From contig JACROH010000001.1 of NCBI GenBank assembly GCA_016214545.1, positions 116,239-180,238 on the forward strand: a stretch of DNA of 64,000 nt, given 5' to 3'. The translations under genes were made by a program, and so were the position numbers. Numbering within the stretch: the first letter of the stretch is position 1; each line of letters begins with the position of its first letter. Source of the stretch: Candidatus Lloydbacteria bacterium. Lineage in GTDB: Bacteria; Patescibacteriota; Minisyncoccia; Phycocordibacterales; 21-14-all-47-15. The notes below the pieces were generated by a model, which had not been told where the DNA came from, made no database searches, and worked only from the letters and a program-made list of their open reading frames with translations. Positions 1-6,899 of this stretch are shown here, one piece after another.

Positions 1-141
1 GAAGATGAGACCATCAAAAAAGGCCTTCGGCTCGGTGCGGAAGATTACTTGGTAAAATCAAGCCATGCACTTGCCGAGATTGTGGAGAAGGTCAAGAATT
101 TTTTTGCCGAGGGTAAGCATCTGAAATCTCAAACGCTCTAA
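1..141 (+). CDS. response regulator receiver-domain protein, 3' fragment
   Basis: Manual translation of frame 1: EDETIKKGLRLGAEDYLVKSSHALAEIVEKVKNFF...*; GAxDYLVK is the receiver beta5 motif. Truncated by the window edge. Confidence 0.8.
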   Translation, partial: EDETIKKGLRLGAEDYLVKSSHALAEIVEKVKNFFAEGKHLKSQTL

Positions 142-145
142 AAAT

Positions 146-168
146 CTGCAGAAGTCAGACTTCTACAG
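146..168. repeat. short intergenic palindrome CTGCAGAAGTC-A-GACTTCTACAG (REP-like)
   Basis: 11-bp arms with 1 mismatch, seen directly. Confidence 0.5.
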
Positions 169-177
169 AGAGTCTCC

Positions 178-2259
178 ATGTTTTCATTAAAAACGACTTC
201 ACGATTGGTGATAGGAATGCTCGTTGTTCAGATGCTCTATTCGTTTTTTCCTATCGGAGTTTTGGCTAGTACCGGAACTTTTAATTCTACCGCCGACGCC
301 TATCTCTCAAGCGGTTCGCCAAATGCCAACAACAGCACGGGCATCATTATGGACCTAATCAACACGAGAGATGGAGTCGTTCGCTTTGACACGAGCTCTA
401 TACCTTCGGGCTCGACGATTACTTCGGCAACGCTGACGTTGGTAGCGACCGCGGTCGGTAGCGCCACGTCGATTAAAAATTATGGGGCGCATCGCATATT
501 GGTTGATTGGACTGAAAGTACGGTTACCTGGAATACTCCCGGCAGTACGGCCGGGACCCATTTTGCGACTTCGCCGACGGATACGGTTGCCGTTTCTACC
601 GCCGGCTCATATAGCTGGAATGTGACGAGCGATGTGGCGAGTTTCATCGCCGGAAGCGCTACCAATTATGGCTGGCGTATTATTTGGTCTTCAAACACAA
701 GCGGCACCAATAAACAAGTTGATTTTGGAACAAAAGAAAATACTACGGCGTCTAATCGACCGGTTTTGAGCGTTACCTATACCACTCCCGACACTATCGC
801 GCCATCGGCGGTTTCAGACCTTGCCCTTTCGAGTCCTTCAAATTCTGCGATAACTGTTTCATGGACGGCTCCGGGAGATGATGCTTCCACCGGCACTGCG
901 GCGAGCTATGATTTACGCTATTCAACTTCTGCGATTACTTCCGGCAATTTCAGTTCAGCTACTGCGGTCACCGGTGAGCCAACGCCGTTAGTCGCTGGCA
1001 CTTCTCAATCAATGACGGTCACAGGTCTTTCTCCAAGCACCACCTACTATTTCGCCATCAAAACTTCCGATGAAGTTCCGAATACCTCGGCAATCTCAAA
1101 TGTTCCGAGCTTGGCAACGACGGCAACCCCCGACACTACCGCGCCATCGGCGGTTTCAGATCTGGCCGCGTCGGGCGCAACCGCGTCGTCAGTCCTTCTT
1201 TCGTGGACGGCTCCCGGTGATGACGCCTCCACCGGCACTGCGACAAGTTATGAAATCCGCTACTCCACAAGCAATATCACCGATGGAAATTATTCCGGAG
1301 CGACCCAGGTGAGTGGAGAGCCTGCGCCGCAAGCGGCGGGGGCCAGTCAATCAATGACGGTCACAGGTCTTTCTCCAAGCACTACCTACTATTTCGCTAT
1401 CAAAACTTCAGATGAGGTGCCGAATGCCTCGGCGATTTCGAATGTGCCGAGTTTGGCAACGACGGCAAGCGGCGGTGGGGGCGGCGGAGGAACAGAGACA
1501 TCAAGTTCGGGTGGTGCCGGGGCCGCCGTGTTGCCGACCAGGGTGGTCATTTCCGGGCAAGCATACCCGGGTGCAAAAGTGGATTTGCTCCGAAAAAGCA
1601 TTCAAGACGAGATATACCGAAATACGCCGGAAGCTATCTCAACCGTGTCCGCCGACGGCACTTTTTTCATACAGCTCACGGCGCTTCTCCAGGGGCAGTA
1701 TTTCTTTGCGCTTCGCATCGCAGATAAAGACGACAGAAAGACCGGCAACATCGCTTTTAACGTTGATTTGACGAGTGCAAATGAGCTTGTCGCGCGAGAT
1801 CTTTTTGTTCCGCCAACTATTGATTTTGAAACAGCTATCGTTCCGCTTGGAAAAGAAATAAAGGCACAAGGGTATGCCGCTCCCAAAAGCAGTGTTGTCG
1901 TCGAAATTGATGGTATACTGAAAGAGGAAGTGAAATCAGAAGAGGACGGCTTATGGTCTTTTGCGACAAGCACGGCGTCTTTCCGCATAGGGAATCATTA
2001 CGCGCGGGTAAAACAAACGGGCGCAAGCGGCAAAGAAAGCGAGTTCTCATCATCGCGCGCGTTTCGTGTCTCGCTTCTTGCTGTGCCAAAATCGGATTTA
2101 AATAATGACGACAAGATTACTATTGCCGATTGGAGCATCTTTCTTTTCAGGTGGGGCTCCAAAGATACGGCGTTAAGAAGTAAAATTGACATGAACAATG
2201 ACGGGAAAATTGACATTTCAGACTTGAGCATTTTTTTAAAAACGTTAAAGACGCTATAA
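178..2259 (+). CDS. secreted surface protein: DNRLRE-type domain, two fibronectin type III repeats, Gly/Ser linker, Ig-like region, C-terminal dockerin
   Basis: Signal peptide; ADAYLS...FDTSSIP...ATLTL...RPVLSVTY; two WTAPGDD...TGLSPSTTYYFAIK repeats; duplicated Ca-binding loops DLNNDDKITIADWS and DMNNDGKIDISDLS. Confidence 0.8.
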   Translation: MFSLKTTSRLVIGMLVVQMLYSFFPIGVLASTGTFNSTADAYLSSGSPNANNSTGIIMDLINTRDGVVRFDTSSIPSGSTITSATLTLVATAVGSATSIKNYGAHRILVDWTESTVTWNTPGSTAGTHFATSPTDTVAVSTAGSYSWNVTSDVASFIAGSATNYGWRIIWSSNTSGTNKQVDFGTKENTTASNRPVLSVTYTTPDTIAPSAVSDLALSSPSNSAITVSWTAPGDDASTGTAASYDLRYSTSAITSGNFSSATAVTGEPTPLVAGTSQSMTVTGLSPSTTYYFAIKTSDEVPNTSAISNVPSLATTATPDTTAPSAVSDLAASGATASSVLLSWTAPGDDASTGTATSYEIRYSTSNITDGNYSGATQVSGEPAPQAAGASQSMTVTGLSPSTTYYFAIKTSDEVPNASAISNVPSLATTASGGGGGGGTETSSSGGAGAAVLPTRVVISGQAYPGAKVDLLRKSIQDEIYRNTPEAISTVSADGTFFIQLTALLQGQYFFALRIADKDDRKTGNIAFNVDLTSANELVARDLFVPPTIDFETAIVPLGKEIKAQGYAAPKSSVVVEIDGILKEEVKSEEDGLWSFATSTASFRIGNHYARVKQTGASGKESEFSSSRAFRVSLLAVPKSDLNNDDKITIADWSIFLFRWGSKDTALRSKIDMNNDGKIDISDLSIFLKTLKTL
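787..1470 (+). repeat. tandem 342-bp intragenic duplication (two FN3 modules)
   Basis: CCCGACACTA..GCGCCATCGGCGGTTTCAGA at 787 and 1129; long near-identical blocks at about 1006-1075 and 1348-1417. Confidence 0.85.
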
Positions 2260-2263
2260 CCAT

Positions 2264-4024
2264 ATGGCAAAAAATTTTTTTACAGTATGTTTTTCACTCC
2301 TTGTCTTTTTCTGGTCGGCTTTTTCGGCAAATGCCGCCACTATTTCTCTTTTGCCGCAAGCGCGCGCTTTTGGCATCGGGCAGGAATTCAGCGTTGATAT
2401 AAAAATTGATACCGAAGAAGCATACATTAACGCAAGCCAGGCGACGGTGCGGTTTCCTGTTAGCGTGCTTGAGCTGGTAAGCGTTGATAAAACAAACTCT
2501 GCTTTTGGTTTTTGGGTTGAGGAGCCGAAAATCTCAAACGATGAAGGCACGCTCATGTTTACCGGCGGTACAACGAGCGGTGTTTCGGGCGGCTCTCTCC
2601 AGATTTTGAAATTGAAATTTAAAGCAAAAGGCACGGGACTCGCCGAGATTGCCCTGCAAGACGCGGCGATCACGGCTTCCGACGGCAAGGGAACGAACGT
2701 TCTCTCGGCACTCAAGGGGACGAGTGTTTCCGTGGGAACGCAAGTTGTTGTCCCGATTGCCCCTTCGGTTCCATCTTCTGTCAAACCATCTGCTCCCGCT
2801 GTCCCTGTCGCTCCGACTGTTGAACCGCAAAAAATAATCCGAGAGGCCGTTGTGGCGCAAAAATTGCCGGAGAAACCGCTGCTTCGGGTCCCGTTATATT
2901 CTGACGCAACCCGTTGGTACAATCACCAAGGAGAAGCGGCTGTCTTTTGGGATGTTCCATCGGACGCTATTGAGGCGGCCGTGGTCGTCGACCATAGCCC
3001 GTTAACGAAGCCGCAAAAGCCTGAACCAGAATTATTAACCGGCAAAAATCTCGGAGTTTTGAAAGAGGGAGAGTGGTATGTTCACGCGCGATTTAGGAAC
3101 AACATCGGATGGGGTGACACCGCGCACTTTAAGATTTCAATTGACGCAACGCCCCCACTGCCGTTTGAAATCAAAGATTCACTCACGAGCGATAATCCAA
3201 CCCCGGAAATAAAATACGAGGCGCACGACGCGCTCTCGGGGGTTTCTCACAATATTCTCTTTCTTGATGGTAAAGAATTCGTGAAAGGGACTACCACTTC
3301 TACCGTATTGCCACCGCTGTTGCCCGGTCCCCATATGGTACTGGTGCGGGTATTTGACTTGGCGGGCAACAGTGCCGAGAGCGATTTAAAATTTGAAATC
3401 TTGCCGCTTGCGACGCCAATCGTTGATTTTGTATCAAGTTCAATAATCCAGGGGGAGTCTCTGTATGCGTCGGGAAAATCAATTCCGAATGCATTTGTCG
3501 ATGTGCGTATAGTAGATAAGCGGCAGCGGGAAGTGATATCGGAGAGCGCAAAAAGTGATAATAGAGGCGATTGGAAAATTTCAATAAATGACCCCCTGCC
3601 AACCGGTACGTACACCATTTCTATCACGGCGCGCGATGAACGGGGAGCGAGGAGTTTCTCTGCGGATGTCGGGGCGCTCAAGGTGCATCCGAGAACCGTA
3701 TTATCATTGGGCGGAGTCGTCGACCTCGGCTGGTTTGAAATTCTCCTTATTTTGATACTCTTTATTACCTCGGCAACCGGACTCTTCGCATGGCAGTATG
3801 TTTCAAAAAATAAGACGCGCGAGGCATATAAAATGATTGTCGGCAGAGACGTCAATAAATTTGTAGACATGCTCGTTTCTTTTTTGAAAGAGTTTGAGAG
3901 CGCCGGAGATTTGAACGAAGACAGCCGTCGCGTAAAACAAAAAGCGCTCATAGAGCAGGCCAGAGAAACGGTTGCAAAAATGAAAAAATACATCGGCGAA
4001 GAAGTGAATAGACTGGGGAAGTAA
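2264..4024 (+). CDS. cohesin-domain membrane-anchored protein with Ig-like domains
   Basis: Signal peptide; N-terminal cohesin-like segment (GQEFSVDIKID..INASQATVRF..LKLKFKAKGTG); Pro-rich linker; Ig-like repeats; TM helix near the C-terminus. Confidence 0.75.
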   Translation: MAKNFFTVCFSLLVFFWSAFSANAATISLLPQARAFGIGQEFSVDIKIDTEEAYINASQATVRFPVSVLELVSVDKTNSAFGFWVEEPKISNDEGTLMFTGGTTSGVSGGSLQILKLKFKAKGTGLAEIALQDAAITASDGKGTNVLSALKGTSVSVGTQVVVPIAPSVPSSVKPSAPAVPVAPTVEPQKIIREAVVAQKLPEKPLLRVPLYSDATRWYNHQGEAAVFWDVPSDAIEAAVVVDHSPLTKPQKPEPELLTGKNLGVLKEGEWYVHARFRNNIGWGDTAHFKISIDATPPLPFEIKDSLTSDNPTPEIKYEAHDALSGVSHNILFLDGKEFVKGTTTSTVLPPLLPGPHMVLVRVFDLAGNSAESDLKFEILPLATPIVDFVSSSIIQGESLYASGKSIPNAFVDVRIVDKRQREVISESAKSDNRGDWKISINDPLPTGTYTISITARDERGARSFSADVGALKVHPRTVLSLGGVVDLGWFEILLILILFITSATGLFAWQYVSKNKTREAYKMIVGRDVNKFVDMLVSFLKEFESAGDLNEDSRRVKQKALIEQARETVAKMKKYIGEEVNRLGK

Positions 4025-4042
4025 AAATAGTATTAGTAGTAC

Positions 4043-4130
4043 AAAAAGAAAAATCGCTAAAGCGTGTCTTTAGCGATTTTTCTTTTTTTCCTCTGTCTTG
4101 CGACAGAGTCGGGCCGAAGCCGTTTGTATT
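4043..4130 (-). ncRNA. putative small structured RNA, copy A (UUCG hairpin + GCAA hairpin + terminator)
   Basis: Minus strand: TACAAAC-GGCTTCGGCC-CGA-CTCTGTC GCAA GACAGAG-A-rich-terminator hairpin; upstream TTGACT-16-TATCAT promoter. Confidence 0.55.
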
Positions 4131-4204
4131 TATATGATACTTGGCATTGTATCAAAGTCAAACAAAATTTTTGTTTTGCAGCTTTTTGATTTATACTGTT
4201 TGGT

Positions 4205-4588
4205 ATGAAAAAAGATTTTGATAGTTGGAATGGAGCGAAGAAAAAAACAAACGTGGAATATCCTCGCCTCTATACCGTTCGCGAGATATGGTGGTGCCGC
4301 CTCGGTGTAAATATCGGTTCTGAACAGGATGGAAATGGCCGCTCATTTCTCCGCCCAATTGTTATAATGCGTGCGTTTGGTCCAGAAACGTGTGTTGTTG
4401 TTCCTCTTACCACGTCAGAACAGAAACATCCGCTCCGTATTCCCGTTGGAAAGATACAAGAACGGAATGCATCAGCCTTGCTTTCTCAGGTTCGTGTTAT
4501 TGATACTCGTCGCTTGGTAGAAAAGGTGGGGTTTCTTGATAAGGAAACTTTTGAGCGCTTAAGAAAAGCCGTCAGAAATTTGTTCTGA
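4205..4588 (+). CDS. PemK/MazF-family endoribonuclease toxin (no protein antitoxin gene adjacent)
   Basis: EIWWCRLGVNIGSEQDG..RPIVI..VVPLTT..ALLSQVRVIDTRRL matches the PemK/MazF fold signature. Confidence 0.88.
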   Translation: MKKDFDSWNGAKKKTNVEYPRLYTVREIWWCRLGVNIGSEQDGNGRSFLRPIVIMRAFGPETCVVVPLTTSEQKHPLRIPVGKIQERNASALLSQVRVIDTRRLVEKVGFLDKETFERLRKAVRNLF

Positions 4589-4647
4589 CGGCTTTTCTTT
4601 TGCTGTTCTCCCTCTTGCGAGGGTAAGGCCGAAGCCACTTGTACTTA
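4561..4647 (-). ncRNA. putative small structured RNA, copy B, antisense to and overlapping the toxin 3' end
   Basis: Minus strand: TACAAGT-GGCTTCGGCC-TTA-CCCTC GCAA GAGGG-A-rich-terminator hairpin (AAGAAAAGCCGTCAGAA/TTCTGACGGCTTTTCTT); upstream TTGACT with a TATAAT/TAATAT -10. Confidence 0.55.
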
Positions 4648-4739
4648 CATATTATACCTTATAATATGTAGAGTCAAGCGCATACGGTGCGTATCAGTGC
4701 GTATTGCAAAAAGGCCGAGAAAAGGGCTACAATATCATA

Positions 4740-5993
4740 ATGAAAAAACTATCCACAATCGCTCTCTCGTTGCTTTTGGTAGTCTCTTTTGTTTTGCCCT
4801 CTTCCGCTTTAGCCGCGGCAAGCCCTGGCGTGAAGCCCGGAAGTTTCTTTTATTTTTTTGACACCACTTTTGAAAAAGTGGGGCTCTTTTTTACATTCAA
4901 CCCCGAACAAAAAGCGAGAAAAGCGCTTGAGTATGCCGATGAACGATTGGCGGAAATAGAATCCGTCGCGGAAGAAAAAAATCCCGATGCGGTGAAGACG
5001 GCTCTCGCCGATTATGAAAACAACATCGCGCTCGCCACGGAAAAATCAAAAGAAATAAAAGACAAAGCGCAAGCGGAAAGCCTGCTTACCTCCATTGAAG
5101 ACAACGCTTCAAAAAATCAGGAGGCGTTATCGGCCGTTTTGATTAAAGTGCCCGAAGAAGCAAAGGCGGCGATAGAGCAGGCGATTGAAGCAAGCAAAAA
5201 AGGCCAGGAAGAAGCGGCAAAGCAGGTAGCGGAACTCAAAAAAGAAGTCTCGGAGCTCAAACAAGAGCTTGAGAACGTGAAAGAAAAGCTCAAAGAAAAA
5301 GAAACGGCGCCAAAAGCGGGCGATACTGCTGATGCGAATGACGCGAAAGATGAAGAGAAAGAGGCGGTAGAAGAACTCAAAAGCGAAATAAAAAATCTGA
5401 AACAAGAAATAGATGAACCGGAGGAAATAGAAAGTAAATTATTTAAAAAGCAGTCATATCTTGTTACTCCAAGTGGTGCAAAAGTTGATGAAAAAGGCAA
5501 TATCCTTAATCAAGACGAGCTAGATCTTATAATAGCGGATGTGGCAGAAAAGGATCGAGTGAAAAAAGAAAGTCTTTGGAGAAAAAAAATAGCTGAGAAT
5601 AAAATCTTAAAAGAAAAGCAAGATGAACAAAACATTATCGCAGACGAATTAAGAAGACTGGAAATCGTTGATAGTCTTAACAGAGAATATGGAATGAAAA
5701 TAAATAATTTAAAGAAACAACTTATTGAAATAAATATTTTGGATAATGGAATTAAAGCTACCGAGATACTTAGGTTTTACGGAAATAAAACATCACAATA
5801 CCCGGATTTTATCGATACTGATTTTAAAAAACAAGCAATAATAACAATCTATAATAAATTAGATAATATTAATCCTGTTAGTCGAAGTTCTGGTCACGTT
5901 ATAGAATTTATTAGAGAACAAACCTCTTCAATAAATACTCAAATATATTTACTTCAAAATGAACTAGAAAGGAAGCTTTTAGAAATTAAATAA
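4740..5993 (+). CDS. DUF5667-like secreted coiled-coil protein with AT-rich C-terminal half
   Basis: ATG 4740 just after a TACAAT -10; signal peptide; PGVKPGSFFYFFD..EKV..FTF..KA...ADERLAE motif. Confidence 0.7.
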   Translation: MKKLSTIALSLLLVVSFVLPSSALAAASPGVKPGSFFYFFDTTFEKVGLFFTFNPEQKARKALEYADERLAEIESVAEEKNPDAVKTALADYENNIALATEKSKEIKDKAQAESLLTSIEDNASKNQEALSAVLIKVPEEAKAAIEQAIEASKKGQEEAAKQVAELKKEVSELKQELENVKEKLKEKETAPKAGDTADANDAKDEEKEAVEELKSEIKNLKQEIDEPEEIESKLFKKQSYLVTPSGAKVDEKGNILNQDELDLIIADVAEKDRVKKESLWRKKIAENKILKEKQDEQNIIADELRRLEIVDSLNREYGMKINNLKKQLIEINILDNGIKATEILRFYGNKTSQYPDFIDTDFKKQAIITIYNKLDNINPVSRSSGHVIEFIREQTSSINTQIYLLQNELERKLLEIK

Positions 5994-6011
5994 GGCCGAT
6001 TATTACCTTCT

Positions 6012-6045
6012 AACAAAACCAACCTTTTAAAAGGTTGGTTTTGTT
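6012..6045. terminator. palindromic intrinsic terminator
   Basis: AACAAAACCAACCTTTT/AAAAGGTTGGTTTTGTT perfect inverted repeat. Confidence 0.7.
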
Positions 6046-6075
6046 TTGTTGAAAATCTTCGCTATACTGAAGAAT

Positions 6076-6804
6076 ATGGAAAAAAGTGGGCATTTGCATC
6101 CGCTTACGCATGTTATCCGCCATATGGTGGGTATTTTTCGCGAGCTTGGGTTTCAGGTGGCAGAAGGGCCGGAAATTGAAACCGAACACTATAACTTTGA
6201 CGCGCTGAACATTCCCAAAGACCATCCGGCGCGGGATATGTGGGATACCTTTTGGCTTAAACCGCAAAATAGAGGTTTGCTTTTGCGCACGCACACGTCG
6301 CCTGTGCAGATTCGCTACATGGAAAAACATAAGCCGCCGATACGGATTATCGTGCCCGGTAAAGTGTTTCGGTATGAAGCGACCGACAGCACGCACGAAG
6401 CGCAGTTTTATCAGCTGGAAGGGCTTCTCATAGATAAAGATATTTCGCTCGCGCATTTGAAGGGCGTGCTTGGAAAGTTTTTTGAAGGGCTTTTTGGTAG
6501 GCAGACGGCAGTGCGTTTGCGCCCGAGCTACTTTCCGTTCGTTGAGCCGGGGGTGGAGGTGGACGTATCGTGTTTCAAGTGCGGAGGCAGGGGGTGCGGG
6601 CTTTGCAAAGAGAGCGGCTGGATTGAGATCATGGGGGCGGGCATGGTGCACCCGAACGTGCTCCGCGGCGTGGGCATAGACGAGCGGGAGTGGCAGGGCT
6701 TTGCCTTCGGCATCGGGATTGACCGCGTGGCGATGCTGAAATACGGTATAGACGATATCCGTCTCTTGTACCAAGGCGATTTGCGAGTGGTGAATCAATT
6801 CTAA
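6076..6804 (+). CDS. pheS: phenylalanine--tRNA ligase alpha subunit (N-terminally short)
   Basis: [47 protein letters not shown]; ATG at 6076. Confidence 0.97.
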   Translation: MEKSGHLHPLTHVIRHMVGIFRELGFQVAEGPEIETEHYNFDALNIPKDHPARDMWDTFWLKPQNRGLLLRTHTSPVQIRYMEKHKPPIRIIVPGKVFRYEATDSTHEAQFYQLEGLLIDKDISLAHLKGVLGKFFEGLFGRQTAVRLRPSYFPFVEPGVEVDVSCFKCGGRGCGLCKESGWIEIMGAGMVHPNVLRGVGIDEREWQGFAFGIGIDRVAMLKYGIDDIRLLYQGDLRVVNQF

Positions 6805-6807
6805 ATG

Positions 6808-6897
6808 GAATCACGAATTATGAGTCATGAATTATGAATAAAATTCGTCTCGCTGTTTTTTATTCTTGATTCATAATTCCTGGTTCTTAATTCATAA
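6808..6897. repeat. heptamer-repeat inverted element between pheS and pheT
   Basis: GAATCAC-GAATTAT-GAGTCAT-GAATTAT-GAATA ... ATTCTTG-ATTCATA-ATTCCTG-GTTCTTA-ATTCATA. Confidence 0.7.
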
Positions 6898-6899
6898 AT

